A stretch of 64,000 nucleotides of DNA, from contig JAZOOJ010000007.1 of NCBI GenBank assembly GCA_045655005.1, positions 162,170 through 226,169 on the forward strand, written 5' to 3'. The notes beneath the pieces are model-generated. The model was not told the DNA's origin and did not search any database. It saw only the letters and a program-made list of their open reading frames with translations. How positions within the stretch are numbered: the stretch's first letter is position 1; each line of letters starts with the position of its first letter. Positions 10,141 to 20,366 of the stretch are shown in pieces. This DNA is from Clostridia bacterium. Lineage in GTDB: Bacteria; Bacillota; Clostridia; Christensenellales; UBA1242. Made by a program: the position numbers and the translations under genes.

Positions 10141-12318
10141 TTATAAATGTAATACTCTTTCTTTTATCTCTTGCGTTCTGCCTTGGTTCCAAAAGTTCGA
10201 GCCAATATATCCGCAAGTTCTTCTTGCCACGTTTAATTTGCTTTCATCACGGTTTTTACAATTTGGGCATTCCCAAATTAATTTACCGTTTTCTTCAACG
10301 ATTTGTATTTCTCCGTCAAAGCCACATTCTTGACAGAAATCGCTTTTTGTATTAAGTTCTGCGTACATAATGTTATAATATATAAATTTAATAACGTCAA
10401 GTACTGCGGTAATATTATTTTGCATATTTGGAACTTCTACATATGAAATTGCTCCGCCTGGACTTAATGCTTGGAATTCACTTTCAAGTGCAAGTTTTGC
10501 AAAAGCGTCAATAGGTTCTGTTACGTGTACGTGATAACTATTTGTTATGTAATTCCTGTCAGTTACACCTTTAATTTTGCCAAAGCGTTTTTGTAAGCAC
10601 CTTGAAAACTTATATGTGGTACTTTCAAGTGGAGTTCCATATAACGAGTAGTCAATATTTTCTGCTTCTTTCCACTTTTTAGTATACTCATTTAACTTCT
10701 TTAAAATCTCAATTCCAAGTTCTTTGCCCTCTTTATCTGTCAATTTCTTACCACATAAATAATAAACCGTTTCCCAAAGACCTGCATAGCCCAATGAAAT
10801 TGTTGAATACCCACCATGTAAAAGTTTGTCTATTGTTTCGCCAGATTTAAGCCTTGCCAACGCTCCGTGTTGCCAAAGGATTGGAGCAACATCTGAAACA
10901 GTACCAGAAAGTCTTTCGTGTCTGCATTGTAATCCCTTGTGGCAAAGTTCAAGTCTTTCATCAAAAATTTGCCAGAATTTTTCCATATCACCGCCAGACG
11001 AAAGTGCCACGTCAACCAAGTTAATAGTTACAACGCCTTGGTTAAATCTCCCATAGTATTTTGGATTGCCATTCTCATCGACATATGGAGTTAAGAATGA
11101 CCTGCAACCCATACATGTATAACAATTACCATTGCCATTCTTATCTACTTTTAGTTCAAACATCTTTTTCTCAGAAATATAATCTGGCACCATTCTTTTT
11201 GCCGTACATTTTGCTGCAAGTTCGGTTAAATACCAATAAGGGCTATCTTCATGTATATTTTGTTCTTCCAAAACATAAATCAACTTCGGAAAAGCTGGTG
11301 TTATATAAACACCCTTTTCATTTTTAACACCTTCCATTCTTTGCTTTAATGTTTCTTCAATCATCATAGCAAGGTCTTTTTTCTCTCTTTCATTCTTAGC
11401 TTCGCCAAGATACATAAACACAGTAATAAATGGAGCTTGCCCATTTGTTGTCATTAAGGTAACTACTTGATATTGAATTGTTTGAATACCTTTATTGATT
11501 TCTTTTTTAACCTTGTCTTCAACAATTATGTCAATTTGCTCATCAGTTGCTGTAATACCCAATTTTTTGAACATTTCAATTGTTTCTTTTTTAAACTTCT
11601 TTCTTGAAACATCTACAAATGGCGCCAAATGAGTCAAACTGATAGATTGACCACCATATTGACTGCTGGCAACTTGAGCTATAATTTGTGTTGCTATGTT
11701 ACAAGCCGTTGAAAATGAGTGTGGTTTTTCAATCATAGTTCCACTGATGACTGTTCCATTTTGCAACATATCTTCAAGGTTTACAAGATCACAATTGTGC
11801 ATTCGTTGTGCAAAATAATCGGTGTCATGGAAGTGTAAAATTCCTTCTTCATGAGCCTTAATTACATCTTCCGGCACCAAAAACCTTTTACAAAGGTCTT
11901 TACTTACTTCGCCAGCCATATAATCACGTTGTACACTGTTAACCGTTGGATTTTTATTTGAATTTTCTTGTTTAACTTCTTCATTATTGCATTCAATCAA
12001 AGACAAAATTTGTTGGTCGGTTGTATTAGACTTTCTGACCAATGCTCTTGTATAACGATATGTAATATAATTACGAGCAACTTTATAGAAATCTGCTTTC
12101 ATTAGATTATTTTCTACGATATCTTGAATTTCTTCTACGTGTGTTGCACGGTCAATAGACTTAATCTCAGACACAACCTCGTCAACAATTGCATCAATTT
12201 TTTCAAGTGGTACCCTTTCAGACTCGTTTTCAACCGAGGCGTTTGCTTTAATGATTGCCGTTTTGATTTTACCCTCGTCAAACTCAACCTCTTGACCACT
12301 TCTTTTAATAACTTTCAT
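10141..12318 (-). CDS. nrdD: Anaerobic ribonucleoside-triphosphate reductase
   Basis: 725 aa. N-terminal ATP-cone, C-terminal Zn site CQECGFDG..CPNC and glycyl-radical motif RRTCGYIG. Confidence 0.95.
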   Translation of the reverse strand: MKVIKRSGQEVEFDEGKIKTAIIKANASVENESERVPLEKIDAIVDEVVSEIKSIDRATHVEEIQDIVENNLMKADFYKVARNYITYRYTRALVRKSNTTDQQILSLIECNNEEVKQENSNKNPTVNSVQRDYMAGEVSKDLCKRFLVPEDVIKAHEEGILHFHDTDYFAQRMHNCDLVNLEDMLQNGTVISGTMIEKPHSFSTACNIATQIIAQVASSQYGGQSISLTHLAPFVDVSRKKFKKETIEMFKKLGITATDEQIDIIVEDKVKKEINKGIQTIQYQVVTLMTTNGQAPFITVFMYLGEAKNEREKKDLAMMIEETLKQRMEGVKNEKGVYITPAFPKLIYVLEEQNIHEDSPYWYLTELAAKCTAKRMVPDYISEKKMFELKVDKNGNGNCYTCMGCRSFLTPYVDENGNPKYYGRFNQGVVTINLVDVALSSGGDMEKFWQIFDERLELCHKGLQCRHERLSGTVSDVAPILWQHGALARLKSGETIDKLLHGGYSTISLGYAGLWETVYYLCGKKLTDKEGKELGIEILKKLNEYTKKWKEAENIDYSLYGTPLESTTYKFSRCLQKRFGKIKGVTDRNYITNSYHVHVTEPIDAFAKLALESEFQALSPGGAISYVEVPNMQNNITAVLDVIKFIYYNIMYAELNTKSDFCQECGFDGEIQIVEENGKLIWECPNCKNRDESKLNVARRTCGYIGSNFWNQGRTQEIKERVLHL

Positions 12319-12403
12319 AACTTTTCTCCTTAGTATTTTCTAAATTCTAGTGCAAAAGATATAAAAATTTTGCCCTTGCATTTTTGATTACAATAAGAGT
12401 CTA

Positions 12404-12451
12404 ACACAACATCTTGTGTTTTGTAAACACTTTCAACACAACATCTTGATT
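12404..12451 (-). promoter_or_regulatory. Tandem NrdR boxes upstream of nrdDG
   Basis: ACACAACATCTTGTGT (12404-12419, palindromic arms ACACAA/TTGTGT) and ACACAACATCTTGATT (12436-12451). Starts are 32 bp apart. Confidence 0.75.
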
Positions 12452-12531
12452 TTTGGGCACTATGCACATAAATAAAAATTTTATAAAAATATTGTTTTTT
12501 TAGTTGCAATTTAAAAAAAATATACAACAGA

Positions 12532-12561
12532 AAAGACTGCGAAAGTATTTCCGCAGTCTTT
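12532..12561 (-). terminator. Intrinsic terminator after rpsI
   Basis: AAAGACTGCG / CGCAGTCTTT stem, followed on the minus strand by TTTTCTG. Confidence 0.65.
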
Positions 12562-12576
12562 GTTATAATAAAATAA

Positions 12577-12993
12577 TTATCTCTTACTGAATTGTGGAGC
12601 CTTTCTAGCCTTCTTAAGACCATATTTCTTACGTTCTTTCATTCTTGGGTCTCTTGTTAAGAATCCTGCTTTCTTGATTTCTGGTTTTAACTTTTCATCA
12701 TAAATAACCATAGCTCTTGAAAGACCATGACGAATTGCACCAGCTTGACCTGTGCAACCACCACCATATACATTAGCATAAACATCGAACTTGCCTTCGG
12801 TTTCTGTCAATGTCAATGGTTGACGAACGATTATTTTTAATGTGTCAAGGTCAAAATATTCATCTAATGACTTGCCATTGATAACAATTTTGCCACTGCC
12901 GTCTGGAATTAATCTAACTCTTGCAATAGATTTTTTTCTTCTTCCAGTTCCCCAGATTTGATTTTTCTTGCTATTTGCTGTTTTCTTTGCCAT
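12577..12993 (-). CDS. rpsI: 30S ribosomal protein S9
   Basis: [14 protein letters not shown].. and C-terminal KAPQFSKR. Confidence 0.97.
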   Translation of the reverse strand: MAKKTANSKKNQIWGTGRRKKSIARVRLIPDGSGKIVINGKSLDEYFDLDTLKIIVRQPLTLTETEGKFDVYANVYGGGCTGQAGAIRHGLSRAMVIYDEKLKPEIKKAGFLTRDPRMKERKKYGLKKARKAPQFSKR

Positions 12994-13008
12994 TTATTCC
13001 ACCTCTCC

Positions 13009-13443
13009 TTACTTAACGATTTGCTTAACTTCTGGAAGTTGTGCTTGATGTTCGTGCTTGTCATCACGATAAACTTTTAATTTCTTTATCATTTTTCTGC
13101 CAAGACTGTTCTTTGGAAGCATTCCCTTAACTGCTTCACGAACTGCGAAATCACTTTTGTCTTTCATTAACTTGTCATAACCGATTTCTTTAAGTCCGCC
13201 AACATATCCAGTATGATAACGATAGAACTTTTGTTCCATCTTCTTTCCTGTTAATACAACCTTATCTGTATTGATAACAATAACATAATCACCGCAATCA
13301 ACGTTTGGAGTGAATTCAGGCTTGTTTTTTCCACGAAGGATTGAAGCGACTTGGCTTGCAAGACGACCAAGAGCAACCCCTTCAGCATCAACTATGTACC
13401 ACTTTCTTTGTACTTCTTGTGGCTTTTGCATTGTAGTTTTCAT
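13009..13443 (-). CDS. rplM: 50S ribosomal protein L13
   Basis: [29 protein letters not shown]. Confidence 0.97.
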   Translation of the reverse strand: MKTTMQKPQEVQRKWYIVDAEGVALGRLASQVASILRGKNKPEFTPNVDCGDYVIVINTDKVVLTGKKMEQKFYRYHTGYVGGLKEIGYDKLMKDKSDFAVREAVKGMLPKNSLGRKMIKKLKVYRDDKHEHQAQLPEVKQIVK

Positions 13444-13534
13444 AATAATTACTTCCTTTCTCTACTTTTAAACAAAACAAAAAAGCGAATTAACGCTTAA
13501 AAACCGTAAACGATTTTATTAACTTTGCTGTCAT

Positions 13535-13563
13535 ATTTTAATATATTTAACCAAATATGTCAA
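13535..13563 (-). promoter_or_regulatory. Putative sigma-70 promoter of rplM-rpsI
   Basis: Minus strand reads TTGACA-17 nt-TAAAAT. The leader contains a small hairpin AAGCG/CGCTT plus a T-run. Confidence 0.5.
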
Positions 13564-13720
13564 GAGTTTTCATAAAAAAAGTATTAAAATTTTGAGAAAA
13601 ATATTTATATTTTCATATCAAACACTTTTTTCTTTCTAAATATAACACTAAGTGCGTTAATTATAGCATAGATTTTGTAAATTTCAATACAATTTTATCT
13701 TTTATATATTATATTTTTCA

Positions 13721-14458
13721 TTAGTATACCACCGACTTCATATAAAGTCCGTGTGACTCAACAGTTTTTCCGGCAAGGCTTCGGTTTTTAGCTTCAATTA
13801 TTAACTTCATATCCTCTGGCGACTTTCTTTTGCTTCCAATATCAATCAATGTTCCCATAATAATTCTTACCATATTATATAAAAAGCCATTTCCACTTAT
13901 CTCAAACTCGTAAACCCCATCGCCTAGTTCGTTAATTTTCGCATCATAAATTGTCCTTACAAAATCGTCTTTACCCGACTTTCTTGCAACAAAACTTGTA
14001 AAATCGTATTCTCCTATTAAATATTTGCAAGCCGATTTCATTTCGCCAACATCGACATTGTCATTTACACGAAGTGCCCTATTTCTCATTGTTGCCCTTT
14101 CATATCTTGAAAGGTAGAATCTGTAGCCGTAAGTCTTTACTTTAACAGAAAACCTTGAATCAAAACTTTCATCAGTTTCATAAACTCTTTGAATTGAGAT
14201 ATCCTCAGGCAGATTACTATTCAATTTATCATGCAACCAACCCAGTTTCAATTCCTTTTCAGTATCAAAATGCGCTACTTGCCCAAGCGAATGAACTCCA
14301 GAATCCGTCCTCCCACTTGCATAAATTTTTATCTTTTCGTCAAGAATTAATGATAGTAAACCCTCCAACTCTCCTTGAACGGTCCTTTTTTCTGGTTGAA
14401 CTTGGTATCCACTAAAATTCGTACCAATATATTCAAAAACTAATACTATACGACGCAT
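13721..14458 (-). CDS. truA: tRNA pseudouridine(38-40) synthase
   Basis: EYIGTNFSGYQVQ.. and catalytic SGRTDSGVHS motif. Confidence 0.93.
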   Translation of the reverse strand: MRRIVLVFEYIGTNFSGYQVQPEKRTVQGELEGLLSLILDEKIKIYASGRTDSGVHSLGQVAHFDTEKELKLGWLHDKLNSNLPEDISIQRVYETDESFDSRFSVKVKTYGYRFYLSRYERATMRNRALRVNDNVDVGEMKSACKYLIGEYDFTSFVARKSGKDDFVRTIYDAKINELGDGVYEFEISGNGFLYNMVRIIMGTLIDIGSKRKSPEDMKLIIEAKNRSLAGKTVESHGLYMKSVVY

Positions 14459-14554
14459 AATCTCACTAAACCCTTATAATTCCATATATTATGTCAGACA
14501 AAGTATATTAAAATAAATATTATTTTGTATTTTTTAAAAGTATACCCTATTGTT

Positions 14555-14583
14555 TTGACATCATTTTTCTATTAGATTATAAT
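14555..14583 (+). promoter_or_regulatory. Consensus sigma-70 promoter of the PFOR gene
   Basis: TTGACA-17 nt-TATAAT, about 40 nt upstream of the start codon. Confidence 0.6.
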
Positions 14584-14625
14584 ATATTAGAAAGAAAATT
14601 TCAATAATTTACAGAGGTGTTTTTT

Positions 14626-17600
14626 ATGAAAAAATATACAACCGTCGATGGGAATAGTGCTTGTGCAAATATTGCCTATGCCCTTTCGGATATGGCAATA
14701 ATCTACCCAATCACCCCATCATCTCCAATGGCTGAAAATATTGATGAGTGGCAAAACGCTGGGAAATTGAATTGTTTTGGAAATAAAGTATCGGTAACTG
14801 AAATGCAGTCAGAAGCGGGTGCAGCAGGAGCTCTTCACGGAGCACTTACAAGCGGTGCGCTTGCCACAACATTCACATCATCTCAAGGGCTTCTTTTGAT
14901 GATCCCGAATATGTACAAAATCGCTGGTGAATTACTGCCTTGCGTTATAAATGTTGCAGCAAGAACAGTCGCCACACACGCATTATCCATTTTTGGTGAC
15001 CATAGCGATGTTATGGCGTGCAGGGCCACTGGTTTTGCGATGCTTGCTTCTTCTTCCGTTCAAGAAGCACAAGATATGGCTCTTGCAAGTTATCTTACAA
15101 CTATTCGAGCGAAAGTTCCATTCCTTCATTTTTTTGACGGATTCAGAACTTCTCACGAAATTAATAAAATTGAAGAAATTGATTACGAAACAATTAAGTC
15201 AATGATTGACTTTGATGCTGTCCGAAAATTTAAAGAAAGTGCCTTATCCTCAGACAATCCAACCCAAAGAGGAACGGCTCAAAATGGAGATATATTCTTC
15301 CAAAATAGAGAAGCATCGAATTATTTCTACAATGCTCTACCAGAACTTTTAGAAGAAACTTTTGCCCTAATCCACGAAAAAACTGGTAGAAGATATAAAT
15401 TATTTGATTATTACGGAGTAAAAGACGCAACTGACATTATAATTTCCATGGGTAGCGGAAGCGAAGCTATTGCTGAGACCGTTGAATATCTTGCCAAATT
15501 AGGTAAAAAAGTTGGCTTAATTAACGTGCATCTTTATCGCCCATTTAGTGCAAAACATTTATTAAAAACTCTACCAAAAACCACTCAAAGAATTACTGTC
15601 CTTGACAGGACAAAAGAATCTGGTGCTATGGGTGAACCACTTTATACCGATGTTTGCTCTGCCCTGTTTGAAAATAAAATCACCAATATTTCTGTAATTG
15701 GTGGCAGATACGGACTTTCAAGTAAAAATTTTGACCCAGACTGTGTTCTTGCTGTTTTTGAAAATATGGCAAGCAACAAACCAAAAAATCACTTTACCGT
15801 AGGTATTGTTGACGATATTACAAATACAAGTCTTGAAATTAAAAAACATATAAACACCCTACCAAACGGCACTATTGAATGTAAGTTCTATGGTCTTGGA
15901 AGCGACGGTACAGTATCAGCAAATAAAAATAGCATAAAAATTATCGGTGAAAATACATCGCTTTACTCACAAGCATATTTTGCATATGACAGCAAAAAGT
16001 CTGGAAGTATAACGACCTCTCACCTACGTTTTGGTAAAAAGCCAATTCGCTCAACCTACCTTTGCGACAATGCTGACTTTATTGCCTGCCACAACCCTGC
16101 TTTTGTGAAAAAATTTGACTGCCTTGCAGACATTAAAGAGAATGGTATATTCTTACTTAACTGTCCTTGGTCTTCTGACGAACTTGAAAAAGAACTTCCT
16201 GCTTCTATGAAGCAAACTATCGCGAAGAAAAAACTTCAAGTGTATTGCATTGACGCAAACTCAATTGCAAAAGAAGTCGGACTTAATAATCGAATAAACA
16301 CCATTATGCAAGCCTGCTTTTTTAAACTTGCAGGCATTATGCCTTGGGAGTTCGTCAGCACAAAGATGAAAGAAGCAGTTATTAAAACATACTCAAAGAA
16401 AGGCGAAGCAGTTGTGAATATGAATATGAAAGCAATTGACAGTGCAAATGGAAAACTTTGGAAAGTTAGCGTTCCAACCTCTTGGAATAAGGCGGTTTCT
16501 GGCGAAAATGTTAAAAACGATAACGGCAATCCATATTTTAATTCAGTAATTGAACCAATAATTACTCAAAAAGGAGATGATCTTCCAGTTTCAGCATTTA
16601 CTCCAAATGGCGAAGTCCCAACAGGCACAACAGCATTAGAAAAACGAAACATTGCAACTTCTATTCCGGTCTGGATTCCTGAAAATTGTATACAATGTAA
16701 TCAATGTGCTTTGGTTTGTCCACATGGTTGCATACGTCCATACCTCACCGAAAGAGATTCAAAAGAATCACAAATGTTAAGTGCAAAGCCTGCACTTGGA
16801 ATTAATGGCAAAGATTTTAGCATTCAATGTAGCCCTATGGACTGTACATCTTGTGAAAACTGTGTCAATATCTGCCCTGCTAAATCAAAAGCGCTTAAAA
16901 TGGTGGACAAAGAAGAAATTTTGGGATTAGAAAATCAAAAATATGAACTTGTTAAAGATATAGAAAATGAACAAAGTATGTTTGCTACCACAACATTAAA
17001 AGGTAGCCAGTTTAAAAAACCCCTTTTTGAGTTCTCTGGTGCCTGTGCAGGATGCGGAGAAACGGCATATATAAAACTTTTAACTCAACTTTATGGTGAA
17101 CACTTAGTAATTGCCAACGCAACAGGTTGTTCTTCAATTTATGGCGGAAGCAACCCAACTTGTCCATACACCAAAAACAAAAATGGTCAAGGGCCAGCAT
17201 GGAGCAATAGCTTATTTGAAGATAATGCTGAATTTGGACTTGGAATGTACTTAGCACATAAGAAAAATACTCAAAGTTTAGAAAATTTAATTGCAAACTC
17301 ATTAAAAGCAATCAATCTGGGCACAAATTTTAAGTCGGTTTTAACAGAATGGCTTAATGGAAATCGCACCGACGATATACGAAATCAAATTTTAGACCTT
17401 GCAAAAAAAGAAAAAGACAGTATTGAATCGGTAAACTTTGCACGTGAAGTTATCGCCTTAAATAGTTGCTTAACTAAAAAATCTTATTGGATTATTGGGG
17501 GCGACGGCTGGGCTTATGATATAGGTTTTGGCGGACTTGACCACGTTTTGTCAAGCAATGAAAATATCAAAGTCTTGGTTCTAGACACCGAGGTATATAG

Positions 17601-18099
17601 CAACACTGGTGGACAAGCAAGCAAATCCACCCCACTTGGAAGCACCGCAAAATTTGCAAGTGGCGGAAAACAAACACACAAAAAAGACCTTGGTTCCATT
17701 GCGATGAACTATCCGAACACCTATGTTGCAAGCGTTTCAATGGGTGCAAATCCAACCCAATTGATTAACGCCTTTACCGAAGCCGAAAATCACAACGGAC
17801 CAGCAATAATAATTGCTTACGCTCCTTGCATAAACCACGGAATGAATATGAGTAAAACGCAAGAAACTATGAAAAACGCAGTAATTTCTGGCTATTGGCC
17901 ACTTTATAGATACAATCCAAACAAAGAGCAAAAATTAACTATTGACCCACCATTTAAAACTCAAGATTATAGGTCATTTACAGATTTGCAAGCAAGATAC
18001 TTTAACCTTATTAAGAAAGACCCGGCAAAAGCTGACGCCTTATTAAAAGAAGCCGAAGAATATCGTGTAAGCAGAATAGAAAACTTAAAAAAGAAGTAA
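14626..18099 (+). CDS. nifJ: Pyruvate:ferredoxin (flavodoxin) oxidoreductase
   Basis: About 1157 aa. Two 4Fe-4S ferredoxin motifs (CIQCNQCALVCP, CTSCENCVNICP) and TPP motif GGDGWAYDIG. ATG at 14626 lies behind AGAGG. Confidence 0.95.
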   Translation: MKKYTTVDGNSACANIAYALSDMAIIYPITPSSPMAENIDEWQNAGKLNCFGNKVSVTEMQSEAGAAGALHGALTSGALATTFTSSQGLLLMIPNMYKIAGELLPCVINVAARTVATHALSIFGDHSDVMACRATGFAMLASSSVQEAQDMALASYLTTIRAKVPFLHFFDGFRTSHEINKIEEIDYETIKSMIDFDAVRKFKESALSSDNPTQRGTAQNGDIFFQNREASNYFYNALPELLEETFALIHEKTGRRYKLFDYYGVKDATDIIISMGSGSEAIAETVEYLAKLGKKVGLINVHLYRPFSAKHLLKTLPKTTQRITVLDRTKESGAMGEPLYTDVCSALFENKITNISVIGGRYGLSSKNFDPDCVLAVFENMASNKPKNHFTVGIVDDITNTSLEIKKHINTLPNGTIECKFYGLGSDGTVSANKNSIKIIGENTSLYSQAYFAYDSKKSGSITTSHLRFGKKPIRSTYLCDNADFIACHNPAFVKKFDCLADIKENGIFLLNCPWSSDELEKELPASMKQTIAKKKLQVYCIDANSIAKEVGLNNRINTIMQACFFKLAGIMPWEFVSTKMKEAVIKTYSKKGEAVVNMNMKAIDSANGKLWKVSVPTSWNKAVSGENVKNDNGNPYFNSVIEPIITQKGDDLPVSAFTPNGEVPTGTTALEKRNIATSIPVWIPENCIQCNQCALVCPHGCIRPYLTERDSKESQMLSAKPALGINGKDFSIQCSPMDCTSCENCVNICPAKSKALKMVDKEEILGLENQKYELVKDIENEQSMFATTTLKGSQFKKPLFEFSGACAGCGETAYIKLLTQLYGEHLVIANATGCSSIYGGSNPTCPYTKNKNGQGPAWSNSLFEDNAEFGLGMYLAHKKNTQSLENLIANSLKAINLGTNFKSVLTEWLNGNRTDDIRNQILDLAKKEKDSIESVNFAREVIALNSCLTKKSYWIIGGDGWAYDIGFGGLDHVLSSNENIKVLVLDTEVYSNTGGQASKSTPLGSTAKFASGGKQTHKKDLGSIAMNYPNTYVASVSMGANPTQLINAFTEAENHNGPAIIIAYAPCINHGMNMSKTQETMKNAVISGYWPLYRYNPNKEQKLTIDPPFKTQDYRSFTDLQARYFNLIKKDPAKADALLKEAEEYRVSRIENLKKK

Positions 18100-18112
18100 A
18101 CTATAAAAGAAA

Positions 18113-18143
18113 AAGAGGTGTTATGTTAAACATAGCACCTCTT
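18113..18143. terminator. Bidirectional terminator hairpin
   Basis: AAGAGGTGTTATG / CATAGCACCTCTT, 13-bp stem with one G:U pair. Confidence 0.6.
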
Positions 18144-18161
18144 ATACATTGCAACAAACAT

Positions 18162-18794
18162 TTATCTCTCATTATTTCCTTCTGTTTCGGTTCCTCTCTC
18201 AGACTTTCCATAGTATGAAGCATATACCTTTTGGTTTATCATTGCGAACTCATAATCTACATTCCCAGACTTGTTATCCAACAAATCATCAACTAAACCA
18301 CATACTGAACCCTCCGTCGCTAAATAATGCTTAGCATACTCTGTATCCTTTGTATCATATTGCAACTCGAATACATCTTGAAGCTTATCTTTCACAATCT
18401 CCCAAGAAGCTTTTAAAGACTTAACTGTGTCGTTATCAATAGCCAATTTAGAACCAATACAAAATCCATCTTTTCTTCTTGCACAATTAATTATGAAATC
18501 CATGTCAAGACCCGCCATACGATAAAATATCGATAAAACATATTGTGTTTGTGTTGCGTTTGGCTGAATGCTATCATTCTCTTGAAAACGTTTTGCTATT
18601 TCTTCTAATTCCTCTGCACACTCCTTAGCTCTTTGAACAGCTTCAGCCAACTGTGCTTGTTCATAAATAGTGTTGCCCATAACACCATCAAAACCTTCAC
18701 GAAGTTGTTCTTGCTGTTGTCTTCTAACTTTTTCCTCTTCTTCAAATCTTTGATACATTTCTTCAAATTCTGCATCTTCTATTTCTTTTGACAT
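18162..18794 (-). CDS. Hypothetical protein (about 210 aa, acidic coiled-coil N-terminus)
   Basis: ORF. Start set at MSKEIED (ATG at 18794), which is preceded by AAAGGAGA. No recognised motif. Confidence 0.55.
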   Translation of the reverse strand: MSKEIEDAEFEEMYQRFEEEEKVRRQQQEQLREGFDGVMGNTIYEQAQLAEAVQRAKECAEELEEIAKRFQENDSIQPNATQTQYVLSIFYRMAGLDMDFIINCARRKDGFCIGSKLAIDNDTVKSLKASWEIVKDKLQDVFELQYDTKDTEYAKHYLATEGSVCGLVDDLLDNKSGNVDYEFAMINQKVYASYYGKSERGTETEGNNER

Positions 18795-18837
18795 TTTTAA
18801 TCTCCTTTTAAGATTTATTGCAAGCATATTATACATC

Positions 18838-18889
18838 TTAGCATACTAAGATGACAAGTATTATATTAAAAAAATGTTAGCATACTAAG
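18838..18889. promoter_or_regulatory. Two copies of 13-bp motif TTAGCATACTAAG (candidate operator)
   Basis: Copies at 18838-18850 and 18877-18889. Each contains the inverted repeat CTTAG/CTAAG-type arms (TTAG-N5-CTAA). They lie in the divergent intergenic region next to an XRE-type gene. Confidence 0.45.
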
Positions 18890-18918
18890 AATGTTCATTA
18901 TTTCGCTTGTAATTTAAA

Positions 18919-19099
18919 ATGCTTCGAAAAGAAAAAAATTTTAAGTCAACCAGAACTAACAAAAGCGTTAAACGTTAGCAGTGCTATGATTTCTTTTTGG
19001 GAAAGTGCAAAACACGAACCAACCGCATCAAGCATTATCGCAACCGCCACATACTTTAACGTCAGTTCTGACGATTTATTGCTTTTACCTATAATATAA
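18919..19099 (+). pseudogene. XRE-family HTH gene interrupted by a 1-nt frameshift in an A7T4 tract
   Basis: ATG frame gives MLRKEKNFKST..stop after 19 codons. The +1 frame continues LSQPELTKALNVSSAMISFWESAKHEPTASSIIATATYFNVSSDDLLLLPII*, a typical Cro/C1 HTH. The span is 181 nt, which is 3n+1. Confidence 0.6.
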
Positions 19100-19188
19100 A
19101 AATAAAAATTGAAGGTTTTTATGTATTAATTTTTCAACTACTGTACATAACCTTCAATTTTTCATTCTGTTTTAAAAGTTTAATTATT

Positions 19189-20208
19189 TTATTTTTTGCG
19201 TAATTTCTTTGCTTCTTTCTTTTGGAATTTGTGAGTACTTGAGCACATCTCATCAAGTGTTCTTGTTGCTTTCCAGCCAAGCTCGTTATATGCTTTTTCA
19301 GGAGATGCATAACACTCATCAATATCCCCAGGTCTTCTTGGTGCGAATTTATATTTTACTTTTCCGCCACAGCATTTATTGTATGCATTCACCATATCTA
19401 AAACGCTGTACCCCGTTCCAGTCCCAAGGTTATATATTGCCAGCCCACAATTTGTTTCAAGTTTTTTTAATGATGCCAAGTGGCCATCTGCAAGGTCAAC
19501 TACGTGAATATAATCACGAACTCCCGTTCCATCTTTTGTGTTATAGTCATTCCCAAAAATAGATAATTCTTCCAATTGTCCAACAGACACCCTTGAGATA
19601 TAAGGCATTAAGTTGTTTGGCGTGCCTTTGGGATTTTCGCCCAACAATCCACTTTCATGGGCTCCAACTGGGTTAAAATATCTTAAAATTGCAACATTTA
19701 GAGATTTGTCGGCAATACAAACATCTTTTAAAATTTCTTCTATAAATAACTTTGTTCTGCCATAAGGGTTTGTTGCGCTTGTTGGAAAATCTTCGTAAAT
19801 TGGCATAGATTCAGCCTTGCCATATACAGTTGCAGACGAACTAAACACTAGGTTTTTAACACCAAATTCACGCATTATTTTAAGTAAATTGATAGTGCTT
19901 TCCAAATTATTTTCATAATATTCAATAGGCATCTGCACGCTTTCGCCGACAGCCTTTAGCCCCGCAAAATGAATTACTGCGTCAATTTTATTCTCGACGA
20001 AAACCTTTCTTAGATTTCTTTCGTTTTTAATGTCATATTTATAAAACTTTACAGACTTACCTGTAATTTTTTCAATTTTGCCCTTAACTCTTTTTTCGCT
20101 GTTACTTAAATTGTCAACAATAACAACTTCATATCCATCATTCAACAACTGCACCGCTGTATGTGAGCCAATATATCCTAAGCCCCCTGTTAATAAAATT
20201 GTTTTCAT
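19189..20208 (-). CDS. galE: UDP-glucose 4-epimerase
   Basis: TGGLGYIGSHT Rossmann motif and YGRTK (YxxxK). 339 aa. Confidence 0.9.
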   Translation of the reverse strand: MKTILLTGGLGYIGSHTAVQLLNDGYEVVIVDNLSNSEKRVKGKIEKITGKSVKFYKYDIKNERNLRKVFVENKIDAVIHFAGLKAVGESVQMPIEYYENNLESTINLLKIMREFGVKNLVFSSSATVYGKAESMPIYEDFPTSATNPYGRTKLFIEEILKDVCIADKSLNVAILRYFNPVGAHESGLLGENPKGTPNNLMPYISRVSVGQLEELSIFGNDYNTKDGTGVRDYIHVVDLADGHLASLKKLETNCGLAIYNLGTGTGYSVLDMVNAYNKCCGGKVKYKFAPRRPGDIDECYASPEKAYNELGWKATRTLDEMCSSTHKFQKKEAKKLRKK

Positions 20209-20366
20209 AAAATGCCTCCTTTAACTATAACAAACTTCTACATTATAATTATAACACTATATACAGCAAAAAATAAAGTATTTTTTTATTATAAACAAAA
20301 AGCACTTCTACAATATCCGTAGAAATACTTTTTTCTCTTATATCTATATTTGTATTAACACATAAA

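Noticed and set aside
12330-12623. 97-aa ORF between nrdD and rpsI
   Set aside because: It overlaps the rpsI 3' end, the rpsI terminator and the NrdR boxes. The region is better explained as regulatory or intergenic.
13444-13534. Ribosomal-protein L13 leader RNA upstream of rplM
   Set aside because: Only a short hairpin (AAGCG/CGCTT plus a T-run) is visible. I cannot match it by eye to a known leader family, so it is not reported as a feature.
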